Shown in pieces: positions 1 to 9,539 of a DNA stretch of 64,000 nucleotides (its first letter is position 1; each line of letters begins with the position of its first letter). Origin of the DNA: Bacteroidaceae bacterium (lineage in GTDB: Bacteria > Bacillota > Clostridia > Oscillospirales > Acutalibacteraceae); assembly GCA_963589785.1 (NCBI GenBank), contig CAVAMJ010000013.1:8-64007 (forward strand), read 5' to 3'. The translations under genes and the position numbers were made by a program. The notes beneath the pieces are model-generated. The model was not told the origin of the DNA and made no database searches. It saw only the letters and a program-made list of their open reading frames with translations.

Positions 1-102
1 AGCGTCCAGCACGCAACGCTCACATTCATCCTGTGTAACCTGATAGACACCGTAGCCAAGCTGCGGCATTTTTACGCCATTGCTTAAAGTAACATATTCC
101 AT
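1..102 (-). CDS. aldo/keto reductase family oxidoreductase, first 34 codons only (gene runs off the left edge)
   Basis: Reverse-strand translation from the ATG at 102..100 reads MEYVTLSNGVKMPQLGYGVYQVTQDECERCVLDA, a typical AKR N-terminus. An aagga RBS lies upstream. Confidence 0.6.
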   Translation of the reverse strand, partial: MEYVTLSNGVKMPQLGYGVYQVTQDECERCVLDA

Positions 103-303
103 AACAATTTCATCCTTTCGACTAATAATAATTAATATAGGAAAGCCATTCAGTTACATCGGAATCAGGCCCGCCACCGCTGAACTGATAACCATCCTGC
201 CAGTTAAATAATTGCATATTGACATCAAGATGTCTTATACATTATCATTATAATAGTCGGTAGTTACTACCGGTCAAGATTTTTTTTAGAAAGCAGGAAT
301 TTA

Positions 304-714
304 ATGTATTCGATGAAAAAAGCTTGCCAGCTTACAAATATGACATATGAAAATCTGAAATTTTATTGTAATGAAGGTCTTGTGCCGAATGTAAAACGAG
401 ATCAACGCAATTATCGAGTCTTTGATGAACATGATATAAAGTGGATTCAGAGCCTTAATTGTCTGAAAAGATGTGGAATGACTATTGCCGAAATGAAGGA
501 GTATCTTTCACTTTGTTTACAGGGAGAGAAATCAATTCCACGGCGGAAAGAAATTTTGGAGATAAAACGGAAATCCTTGATTGAGTCCATGAAAGAGCTT
601 CAAGATTCTATTGATTTTATTGATTGGAAACAGCAGTTCTATGCAGATGTGCTATCCGGAAAAACAGCTTATTACAGCAATTTGATTCCAGAAGAGTACC
701 CAACTGAAGATTGA
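304..714 (+). CDS. MerR family transcriptional regulator
   Basis: 136-aa ORF. The N-terminal HTH (MYSMKKACQLTNMTYENLKFYCNEGLVPNVKRDQRNYRVFDEHDIKWI) matches the MerR pattern, followed by a coiled-coil dimerisation helix. Confidence 0.8.
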   Translation: MYSMKKACQLTNMTYENLKFYCNEGLVPNVKRDQRNYRVFDEHDIKWIQSLNCLKRCGMTIAEMKEYLSLCLQGEKSIPRRKEILEIKRKSLIESMKELQDSIDFIDWKQQFYADVLSGKTAYYSNLIPEEYPTED

Positions 715-715
715 A

Positions 716-1304
716 ATGCCGTGCTTTATGTTTTTGACAGCATTTACCAATTTATTCGGACTTGGAGGTTCAAGTCTTATTTCTCGTTGTCTTGGTTCCG
801 GTGATAAAGAAAAAGCCAGAAATACTGCAGCGTTCTGTATTTGGACAGGCATAGCAGTTGCATTTCTTTATGGTATTATCATTTTGTTATTAGAGCCGTT
901 TTTGTTCCCAATTCTTGGTGCAAAAGCAGAAACCTGGGTTTATCTAAAAGAATATGTTTTCTGAATAATTGGGGTGGGGGCTGCTCCTATTGCAGGAAGT
1001 TTTATTTCGGATGCTGATACAGTTGGTTATGGGCAGTAATTTTAAAAATCATCTGTCTTGCTGCCCGACAACAGCAATTAACTTTATGGCTATTACAGTT
1101 TTTCAGGCAATTGGTAAAAAAATACAGCCTTTATTTTTATCATTACTGCGCAAGGGCAGTTTAGATGTTGTGTTTATGTTGTTGCTTAACAAAGCAATAG
1201 GAATATCAGGTATCGCATGGGCAACACCGATTGCTGATTGGATTGCATTTGTTATTTCTACATCCCTCATTATTCCATATTTGAAGAAATTAGAAGAGAA
1301 TTAA
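716..1304 (+). pseudogene. MATE family efflux transporter remnant (5'-truncated, in-frame TGA, large internal deletion)
   Basis: ORF 716..964 (NLFGLGGSSLISRCLGSGDKEKARN...LGAKAETWVYLKEYVF) matches MATE residues about 55-140. An in-frame TGA at 962..964 is followed by IIGVGAAPIA. ORF 969..1304 ends with a MATE C-terminus (FQAIGKKIQPLFLSLLRKGSLDV...GIAWATPIADW). The total is about 590 nt, against about 1350 nt for an intact gene. Confidence 0.7.
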
Positions 1305-1327
1305 AAACAATTTAATATTAAAAGAAA

Positions 1328-1374
1328 ATAAGGTATGCAAATGTTGTTTTAGAACATTGCATACCTTATTTTTG
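1328..1374. terminator. bidirectional rho-independent terminator between convergent genes
   Basis: Hairpin aaggtatgcaaatgt / acattgcatacctt, flanked by an A-run and a T-run. Confidence 0.7.
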
Positions 1375-1393
1375 TTTATTAAGAAGTATTGGT

Positions 1394-2329
1394 TTATCCA
1401 ATATTAAATGTATTTTTGAGTTCTTGGAGCGCAGAAATAATCTCTAAGATATTGTCTTTGTGGGCGTTATTTTCAGAATAACTATATAGATAATCTCTCA
1501 TATCTAAGCTGCCACTATCGGAGCATATTACGATATTTTCTCTTTCTGTAGATTCCAAAAAATCAACGACATTTGGAGAATTATATAAATACCCAATTTC
1601 TTTACCAACCATCTGTATGCCGGTTAGCATATTTCCGGTTCGGTAAATTCTTGCCGGATGCAGTCCCGTACGAGTGATCAGCTGCTGATAATTGTGATTC
1701 AGTCCTTGGGCACTTGATGGCATAATGACAGGAATGTTGTCAAGAACAGATGAGTCGAGAATATATGGATTATTCTTGCTATTATTGCGCAATGTCTCTT
1801 CGGAGAGTTTAAGAAATTTATTTGGAACTAATATAGCGATAGATTCATTCCATAGCTTTCCATATATGTAATCGCTGTTATCAATCACGGTAAATCCAAG
1901 AAAAAGATCGATCTGACCATGTTTCATTTTCTTCATCAAATCTACTTCTCCACCCTCAAGTATAGAAATATTCAAATGAGGACACTTCTCGCTCAAAAAC
2001 TTAATCAGGGACGGACAGATTATATTACTATGCAAATGTCCGATTCCTATACTGACGGTCTCAATCATTTTTTCCCTTAACCTGAGTTCTTCTTTCAAAT
2101 TTTCTTCTTCGGAGAGAATCAGCCGCATTTTATCAATATACAATTGACCGTTTGGAGTAAGCTGGATAGGGGTATGATTTCTGTCAAAAATATGAAAGCC
2201 AAGATCCGCCTCCAATCGGTTGAGATAACCGGTAAGGGAAGGCTGACTGATATAAAGTCTTCGTGCAGCTTTTGTAATGTTTTTTTCTTCTGAAAGAACA
2301 ATAAGATAGTTAAGTTTTTCCAGTGTCAT
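1394..2329 (-). CDS. LysR family transcriptional regulator
   Basis: 311 aa. N-terminal LysR HTH (LNYLIVLSEEKNITKAARRLYISQPSLTGYLNRLEADLG) plus a substrate-binding domain. Transcribed divergently from the sugar-acid genes. Confidence 0.9.
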   Translation of the reverse strand: MTLEKLNYLIVLSEEKNITKAARRLYISQPSLTGYLNRLEADLGFHIFDRNHTPIQLTPNGQLYIDKMRLILSEEENLKEELRLREKMIETVSIGIGHLHSNIICPSLIKFLSEKCPHLNISILEGGEVDLMKKMKHGQIDLFLGFTVIDNSDYIYGKLWNESIAILVPNKFLKLSEETLRNNSKNNPYILDSSVLDNIPVIMPSSAQGLNHNYQQLITRTGLHPARIYRTGNMLTGIQMVGKEIGYLYNSPNVVDFLESTERENIVICSDSGSLDMRDYLYSYSENNAHKDNILEIISALQELKNTFNIG

Positions 2330-2471
2330 AACCCGTCTCCTGCGTTATAGCTTTTATCCTATAATAACATTTTAAACAAAGTATTTCAAATCTTTTCACT
2401 AATCCATTAAACTTAAAACATAAAAACTCGCGAGTAATACTTTTATATTAGGTCTGGCAAGGAGAAGAGTA

Positions 2472-3647
2472 ATGAAAATTACTAAAGTCGAAGTAATCAG
2501 AGCCAACAGATCCGTATTTATAAAAATCCATACAGATGAAGGGATTGCGGGAATTGGTGAAAGCGGTGCATGGGGACTGTTAGAAGCCTCGGCAAAAGAG
2601 CTAGAATTGTTTGGCGAATATCTAGTGGGAAAGGATCCATTGATGATTGAATATCATTGGCAGTACTTATTCCGATTCAGTCACTTCAGAGGAGCTGCGG
2701 TTATGGGTGCATTGTCAGCAATGGATGAAGCTCTTTATGATATTGCAGGAAAATTCTACGGAATACCTGTATATCAGCTGTTGGGCGGCAAATGCAGAAA
2801 CAAAGTCAGAGTGTATAACCATACAGCCGGCAGAACAGAAGAGGAACTCGTTGAAAATGCAATAAAGGGAAAAGAGCAAGGCTTTACCGCACTGGGACAT
2901 TTAAATCCTTATCTGGATGAGCCGAGAAATCAGCCATTTGCAGATAACAATACATCTCTTTTGTACAAAGCAGAGAGACGAATCGCCAAGGTAAGGGAAG
3001 CAGTAGGCGAGGACATAGATCTTTGCCTTGAGTTACACCGAAGACTTGAGCCGGGACTTGCAGTGCAGTTAAGTTCCAAATTAGAAAAATATAATCCGAT
3101 GTTTTTAGAAGATCCGATAAGACCGGATAATTTTGACGAGATGGCAAGAGTTGCAGAAAAGTCTAAAATCCCGATCGCAACAGGGGAAAGAATCAACAGT
3201 TACTATGAGTTTGAAATGCTTCTGGAAAGAGGCGCTTGCAGTTATGTAAGAGCAAGCATTGGAGTATGTGGCGGATTTACAGGAATCAAAAAGATTGCTG
3301 CAATCGCAGAAGCACATCACGTCAGTCTCGTACCGCACAATCCATTAAGTCCTGTAACTACGAACGCTGTGCTTCAGGCAGCAGCTGCAATTGATAACAT
3401 TGCTATATGCGAATATCCGAATCTCCATGCAGCTTCTACCGCAGATAATTTGACCGGAAGCGGCTTTAAACTCAGACAGTCAGACATGGTAGATGAAATA
3501 GCTGAGTTCAAAGACGGATATCTGATAGTTCCGGATTAACCAGGTATCGGAATCAATTTGATTGAAGACTTAGAAGAAAAATTCCCATTTAGACCTCATG
3601 TTGTATGCACAAGATTAAATATTGATGGATCTATATGTGATCAATAA
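2472..3647 (+). pseudogene. D-galactonate dehydratase (DgoD)-like enolase-superfamily dehydratase interrupted by an in-frame TAA
   Basis: MKITKVEVIRANRSVFIKIHTDEGIAGIGE... is collinear with DgoD. The reading frame hits TAA at 3537..3539 and continues in the same frame as PGIGINLIEDLEEKF... to TAA at 3645..3647. DgoD has ..TKPGLGVEIDE.. at this position. Confidence 0.75.
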
Positions 3648-3667
3648 GGTGTGGAGGAACTGTAAAA

Positions 3668-4951
3668 ATGATTGTTTGTTTGATTATATTTTTACTGACA
3701 GTTATAGGATACTGTTCAGGAATATGGAGTCTCGCTACGGTTTCAATTATATCAATGGTAGCACTTACCGTCACCGGTTGTATAAGCCCGTCAGAAGCAC
3801 TTACTTATTTTGGAAATAATAACGTGGTAATGATAACTGGTATGTGTGTCGTAGCAGCTGGTTTTAACAAAACGAAATACTGCAGACTGATGGCAGAAAA
3901 AATATCTTCGCTGGCAAAAGGAAACCTCGTTAAAGTAATGTTTGGATATGTGATAATCGGAGTTCTTCTGTCACAGTTCATTCAAAGCCCACTTGTTGTA
4001 TTTGGCATTGTAGCACCTATGTTGGCTGCTTCCGCTAAAGCTATGGGAATCAATAACTCAAAAGTAATGTTTGCACTTGGTGTTTCCACAATCATTATAT
4101 GCTGCACACTTCCACTTGGTGCAGGTGCAACAGTTGCCGCAGAATTGAATGGTTATCTTGAGAGCTATGGTTATACAGAACATATGGTAGGACTGCTTGA
4201 TCCTGCAATAGGAAGAATTCCTCTTTTGATCATTGTAGTTATTTTCTGTGCTGTTGTCCTTCCTAAGATTTCTCCTGATAAGCCTGTTGTAGAAACAAAA
4301 ACTATAAGAGAAGAAAACAGAGAGCAGAAGGTAGAATTAGCACAATTTGGACAGATTGCCGGTCTGATTATCTTTGTGGCAGATGCTCTTGCGCTAATGT
4401 TTGCAAAACAAATTCATATGGAAAACTGGCAAATCACTGTCATTGGTGCTCTTTTGATGATTGTGTTTGGTGTATTAAAGCCTGTTGAAGCAACAAGATC
4501 AATACCCTGGAGCATGTTGTTGCTCATCGTTGGATCTCTTGCAATTTCCGGTGCACTTTCTTCTACCGGTGCCGGAGAACTCATTGGAAATCAAATGGCG
4601 AAAATCGTTGCTGCATTTAATGGCAATTCATATTTGGTAGGAGCAATATTCTTTATTGTGCCATTCCTCCTTACACAGGTTATGTCTAACCGAGGCGCAA
4701 TGCTTATATTCCATCCGATAGCAATTGCTACTTGCGCTTCCATTGGTGGAAATCCTGTTGGACTTATGATTATTATATAGGCAGCATGTCTTAGTGCTTT
4801 TATGACTCCGATGGCAACCGGTGCAGTACCATTTATTATGGACTACGGCGGATATGATCAGGTTTCAATGATTAAACAGTCATGGCTTTTATCACTTATC
4901 TGCTTTGTAGTTTCTGTTGGTTGGATAATGACAATTTTCCCAATTTTATAA
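3668..4951 (+). pseudogene. SLC13/ArsB-NhaD-type anion (di/tricarboxylate-like) permease interrupted by an in-frame TAG
   Basis: Polytopic membrane ORF of 370 codons ends at TAG 4778..4780. The same frame continues as AACLSAFMTPMATGAVPFIMDYGG...IFPIL to TAA 4949..4951, which is the conserved C-terminal hairpin region of this family. Confidence 0.7.
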
Positions 4952-4969
4952 AATAGTGAGGTATTTGTA

Positions 4970-6045
4970 ATGAAGATTACTGATGTACATGTAGAGCGTT
5001 ATCGCTGGCCAAAAGAAAAACCAATTGCAAACGGCAAGCATGTTTATACCCACAACGAGTTGAATCTTCTTGTAATCGATACCGATGAAGGTATTACAGG
5101 ATACGGATGCAGCTGGGCAATAAATTTTGCAGATAGCATGGGAAAGCAATCATAGGTGAAGACCCTCTCAATAATGAAAAGCTGTGGAAAAAAATATATG
5201 TCCCTAAATTTATAGGCAGAAAAGGAGACAGTGCAAAAACTGTCTCCGCCATTGACATAGCTCTTTGGGACATTAAGGCAAAGGCTGCCAATATGCCGCT
5301 ATACCGTTTGCTTGGCGGTGCAAAAGAAAAAATACCATTTTATATTGCCGGCGGCTATTATGCGGAGGATAAAGGCCTAAAAGAGCTACAAAAGGAAATG
5401 GAAGAATACTTAAGCTGGGGTGCAAAGGCTGTAAAAATGAAAGTCGGTGCTCTTAGTCCGAGAGAAGATGCCGAAAGAGCAAAAGCAGTCCGCAAGGTAA
5501 TCGGACCGGATGTAAAGCTTATGTTAGATGCGAATTGCGCTTACAAATTCTTTGAAGCAATAGAATTTTCAAAGATGGTTGAAGAGTACAATCCATATTG
5601 GTTTGAAGAACCTGTAGACGCAGATGATTATGATGGATATCGAAAGGTAGCCGCAAAGTCTATGATTCCTATTACCAGTGGAGAAAATGAAATAACTCGT
5701 TTTGGATTTAGAAATCTTATAGCTACTCAAGCAATCAGCATTTTGAATCCTGACGCGGCTTGTCTTGGAGGCGTAACCGAGTATATGAAGATTGCCGGCA
5801 TGGCAGATGCTAACGGACTCGTTATGAGTCCACATGGTCAGCAGCAACTACATGTACATCTTGATTGTGCGGTGCCAAATGCTACAATCGCAGAATTTTA
5901 TCCGCCACAATATGACGCAAAGGTATACGAAGCTTTTAAAAATCCGGTTATAACGAATAGTGACGGAACAGTGAGCCCAAGCCAAGAACCGGGATTGGGA
6001 CTCGATATAAACAGGGATGTTCTTGCACCTTATAGAGTTGGTTGA
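4970..6045 (+). pseudogene. mandelate racemase/muconate lactonizing enzyme family protein (enolase superfamily) with a 1-nt frameshift
   Basis: The N-terminal 58 codons (MKITDVHVERYRWPKEKPIANG...DEGITGYG) are in one frame. The rest (IIGEDPLNNEKLWKK...AIDIALWDIKAKAANMPLYRLLGG...EEP...GENE) is in the -1 frame. The junction is at ggaaagc (5141..5147), consistent with loss of one A from an A4 run. Confidence 0.75.
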
Positions 6046-6061
6046 TTTAAACAGATATATT

Positions 6062-6453
6062 ATGAAAAGAGAAGAGTTTATAAAAGAAAAATATAATATA
6101 TCAAGAGAGGAACTTCTTAAAATCGCCGCCGATATAAGGCAAAAGACAGAAAGACCATTTCCGCCGGAACTTGAAGCTAAATTTCATAGTTTAGATAACG
6201 AAGTTACATGTACAGAAGAGTATGTAAATACAGATTTTGGAAAAACACATGAGATATAATAGTTGGTGGTCTGGATAAACTAATGCCTGAAGGAGTGCAA
6301 TATTATAATGTGCTGAAAGAGGCAGGAGTACAGGCTACATTCAAATGCTTTAAGAATAGCCATCACAGCTTTTTGGTTAACCTTAGAGATGAATGGAAAG
6401 ACGGAGAAAAGTACGTTGTTTCATTGATCAAAAATCACTTGAAATGTGATTAA
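6062..6453 (+). pseudogene. alpha/beta-hydrolase (esterase/lipase fold-3 type) remnant with an internal deletion
   Basis: An N-terminal 65 codons (..TEEYVNTDFGKTHEI, stop at 6257) abuts a C-terminal 64 codons in another frame (IVGGLDKLMPEGVQYYNVLKEAGVQATFKCFKNSHHSF). The catalytic core between them is absent. Confidence 0.6.
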
Positions 6454-6460
6454 GAACAAA

Positions 6461-6506
6461 AAAGGAAACCTTTACTGTTACTATGGTAAAAGTTTCCTTT
6501 TTTGTT
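6461..6506 (+). terminator. rho-independent terminator
   Basis: Hairpin aaaggaaacctttac / gtaaaagtttccttt followed by a T-run. Confidence 0.65.
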
Positions 6507-6611
6507 GTGATATTTAGAAAAGTGAATAGAAAAAGCATTTTTTCACTAAAGGTGAGAGATTTTTCTATCTATTCAAAATGCATGTGGGACGATTTTGACC
6601 GTGTTCTTCGA

Positions 6612-6640
6612 TTGACAATTCTTATGCTTGTAATTATAAT
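6612..6640 (+). promoter_or_regulatory. consensus sigma-A type promoter upstream of the Sel1-repeat gene
   Basis: TTGACA (6612..6617), a 17-nt spacer, then TATAAT (6635..6640), about 60 nt upstream of the ATG at 6701. Confidence 0.7.
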
Positions 6641-6700
6641 CGGAATTAGAACATCATTCCATTTTAGCTAAGGGGATTTTTACAAAAGCGGAGGTGCAGC

Positions 6701-8596
6701 ATGGCAAGATTTGAAATAGGAACGCCTGTTGAAGTTGTTTCTTCTGGGCAAATAGGCACAGTAATAAACAAGCTTAGAAAAAGTGTTGTTGTTGAATTTT
6801 TCGATAAATCGAGTGTTGTTCCGGAGGTCCGGAAGTTTAATTATCATGAACTTATGCCGGTTGAATTACCGCAAATAAGGACATCTCAGCTTGGTCCATT
6901 TGTCCGAGGGGAGATTTCTTTAACAGAGCTTTCAAATGGAGTGCACCTTATAGCCAAATATGTCAAAATCGACTCGAAGCCGTATAAAGTTACAGCCGAA
7001 GACATCCTTATAGGTATCAAACATTATGAAGGAATGACAGATGATGATATATTTCGGTGGCTTGATATCATTATGCAGTTTGGTGATGATATGTCATTTC
7101 CGTCTAACTCATGGACAGATATTCAGGATGAAGTTACAGAAAAAGATTTTCTCAGTTATGTTTATGATGAATTGAATGATATTCATTGGGAACTATGTAT
7201 CGGAAGACCCGAAGAAATTGTTCAAGAGTATATAAAGAATGTTAGTGAACAGCTTGAAAAATGGGTTGACTCCGATGGAAAAGAGTATCCGGAAGAAATA
7301 CGACAAATGATAGCGGCACAATATGACTGTGATGATATAGATAGACAGTCTGAGGCTACCCAAAAGCTTTTTAAAGAATGCCTTGATTATTGCTGTGATG
7401 TCAAAAAAGACCCTAAAGCCATTCAGCGAAGAGGATATTGTTATTATTGCGGAACTAAAACCTATCCAAACGATTGGCACAAAGCAAAGGACGCTTTTCT
7501 TGACTACTACCAAATGACAGGTGATGCATCCGCAGCAAATACTCTTGGATATATTTATTATTATGGAAGATGCAATGGCGGTGTACCGGAATATGAAGAA
7601 GCTTTTAAATATTTCAGTATAGGTCATGCCTATTCATATTATGAAAGTACATATAAGCTTGCTGATATGCTTGCTCACGGATATGGTGTAGTAAAGGACG
7701 GAAAGTCAGCCTATCATCTATATTTAGATGTTTACGCGGATAATTTAAAACATTTTATACGAGGCGATTTTGAGAGCAAATTTGCAGATGCCGCCCTTAG
7801 AATGGGAAATTGTTATAGAGACGGAACAGGAGTAGATAAGGATCTTGAATCAGCTTATTACTATTACTTACAGGCTGATTATGCAATTCGTGAAAGGACG
7901 AAAGCCGCTAATCATTACGGTGACACGGTTGTCTTTAGCGGAATTCAAAATGCCCTTACAGAGGTAAGAACAGAATACACCGAAAGAGGTCGCAGCGTAA
8001 AATTCTTCTATCCTGAATGGACAAAATGGGTTTTAATCAATCATCGAAGATGCAAGCTTGTTATAAATAAGCTTAAAGACGATGTACTGGCAATTGATGC
8101 AACTGTATTGAAGCGAAAGAATGAAGACAAAGCTCCACAGATGTTTATAACTGTTTCAAAAGCCGATTACTGTGCATTACGAAAGAAAATTCGCATTAAA
8201 ACAGCGCAGAAAAGCCGTTATGAAACCTTTAGTGAAAAATCAGAAATGATTTTTGACAGTATAGAGTTTAATCAGAAAGAATGCAAAACAAGTTTTTATC
8301 TATATGATGATCTTGTGGGAGAAATTTACACCGATTATTATACCTTTTTGGCTCCTGCAAAGAAAATAATTCCAAAGACGGGGAACTTTTATCATTTTGT
8401 TTCGGTTTGCTTTGAAGAAAGCGGTCGATGCTATGATTATCTTTGTGATGATCCATCGGTAGCAGAGGGCGATTTTGTTGTAGTAAACGGCTACGATGGG
8501 GAAAAGACAGTAAAAGTAGTGAATGTTGCAGATAAACACGAAAGTGAACTGGGACTTCCCATTGAGCGATATAAAAAGATAGTGAGAAAAATATAA
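6701..8596 (+). CDS. Sel1-like repeat protein with uncharacterised N- and C-terminal domains
   Basis: 631 aa with a GGAGG RBS. Central Sel1/TPR-like repeats (AANTLGYIYYYGRCNGGVPEYEEAFKYF; YKLADMLAHGYGVVKDGKSAYHLY; ALRMGNCYRDGTGVDKDLESAYYYY). The flanking domains are unrecognised. Confidence 0.7.
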   Translation: MARFEIGTPVEVVSSGQIGTVINKLRKSVVVEFFDKSSVVPEVRKFNYHELMPVELPQIRTSQLGPFVRGEISLTELSNGVHLIAKYVKIDSKPYKVTAEDILIGIKHYEGMTDDDIFRWLDIIMQFGDDMSFPSNSWTDIQDEVTEKDFLSYVYDELNDIHWELCIGRPEEIVQEYIKNVSEQLEKWVDSDGKEYPEEIRQMIAAQYDCDDIDRQSEATQKLFKECLDYCCDVKKDPKAIQRRGYCYYCGTKTYPNDWHKAKDAFLDYYQMTGDASAANTLGYIYYYGRCNGGVPEYEEAFKYFSIGHAYSYYESTYKLADMLAHGYGVVKDGKSAYHLYLDVYADNLKHFIRGDFESKFADAALRMGNCYRDGTGVDKDLESAYYYYLQADYAIRERTKAANHYGDTVVFSGIQNALTEVRTEYTERGRSVKFFYPEWTKWVLINHRRCKLVINKLKDDVLAIDATVLKRKNEDKAPQMFITVSKADYCALRKKIRIKTAQKSRYETFSEKSEMIFDSIEFNQKECKTSFYLYDDLVGEIYTDYYTFLAPAKKIIPKTGNFYHFVSVCFEESGRCYDYLCDDPSVAEGDFVVVNGYDGEKTVKVVNVADKHESELGLPIERYKKIVRKI

Positions 8597-8617
8597 AAAT
8601 TAGCAGTGAGGTTAAAT

Positions 8618-9001
8618 ATGAAAATCGAACATATTGCGTTGTATGTAAATGATTTAGAGAGAGCAAAAAACTTTTTTCTGAAGTATTTTGGTGCTGAGGC
8701 GAATGACGGCTATCATAATACAAAAACTGATTTTCGCTCATATTTTCTTTCGTTTGAAAACGGAGCAAGACTTGAGATTATGAATAAACCGAAAATGTCG
8801 GATTTGACAAAAGATCTCGCACGCACAGGATATGCACATATAGCATTCAGTGTTGGAAGTAAAGAAAAAGTGAACGCATTGACCTCGCAGTTAAAAGCTG
8901 ACGGCTATGAGGTGATTAGCGGTCCGAGAACCACAGGAGACGGATATTATGAAAGTTGTATAGTGGCAATCGAGGGAAATCAAATAGAAATAACTGTATA
9001 A
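8618..9001 (+). CDS. VOC (glyoxalase/bleomycin-resistance/dioxygenase) family protein
   Basis: [20 protein letters not shown]...HIAFSV...IEGNQIEI is the typical VOC fold signature. The ATG at 8618 is preceded by a gtgagg RBS. Confidence 0.8.
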   Translation: MKIEHIALYVNDLERAKNFFLKYFGAEANDGYHNTKTDFRSYFLSFENGARLEIMNKPKMSDLTKDLARTGYAHIAFSVGSKEKVNALTSQLKADGYEVISGPRTTGDGYYESCIVAIEGNQIEITV

Positions 9002-9007
9002 CCTAAT

Positions 9008-9056
9008 AAAACTGCCCTTTGAGAAAGCAGAAAAACTTTTCCCAAAGGGCAGTTTT
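9008..9056. terminator. bidirectional terminator between convergent genes
   Basis: Perfect 14-bp stem aaaactgccctttg / caaagggcagtttt. Confidence 0.75.
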
Positions 9057-9069
9057 GATTTAATTTAGC

Positions 9070-9360
9070 TTATGCTACTTCATAGAAGCGAACATCGGGA
9101 TCAGCAGCCCAAGTTGGCTTAAGACCGACAAATACATCATTCTTGAACATATCGGTTTCAAGATAAGCCTTTGCGTGCTCCATGCTGTCGAAGCCGTGGA
9201 TAACCTGAACATCCTCGTCACGGATAAGCAGCTCTTTTGTCAATGCACCCTCGATAGTATCAAGGAACGGCTGACGATAGTCAGTATATACCTTTGCTGC
9301 AGCAGGACGATTTTCAGGATTGATAACCATTGTGATTTCAAGATAAGCTTTAACTTTCAT
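9070..9360 (-). CDS. small conserved hypothetical protein (possibly dimeric alpha+beta barrel)
   Basis: 96 aa starting MKVKAYLEITMV, with a GGAGG RBS 9 nt upstream. Divergent from the HxlR regulator. The family assignment is uncertain. Confidence 0.55.
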   Translation of the reverse strand: MKVKAYLEITMVINPENRPAAAKVYTDYRQPFLDTIEGALTKELLIRDEDVQVIHGFDSMEHAKAYLETDMFKNDVFVGLKPTWAADPDVRFYEVA

Positions 9361-9539
9361 AAATAAAGACCTCCGAGTGTTTAATATTTGCATTTCCTGA
9401 ATGCAAGAACAATATAACTCACTTGCTTGATAAACGGAAGATATAAAGAAGTTTATTAGTCACTTATAAATTTAATAGTGACTATATTCCATGAAGTATA
9501 TATGCTATAATCAAAGCAGAAATCATGGAGGTGCTCAAA

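Noticed and set aside
6483-6671. 62-aa ORF between the hydrolase remnant and the Sel1 gene
   Set aside because: It starts inside a terminator hairpin and contains the consensus promoter TTGACA-17-TATAAT. The hydrophobic low-complexity translation is typical of AT-rich intergenic DNA.
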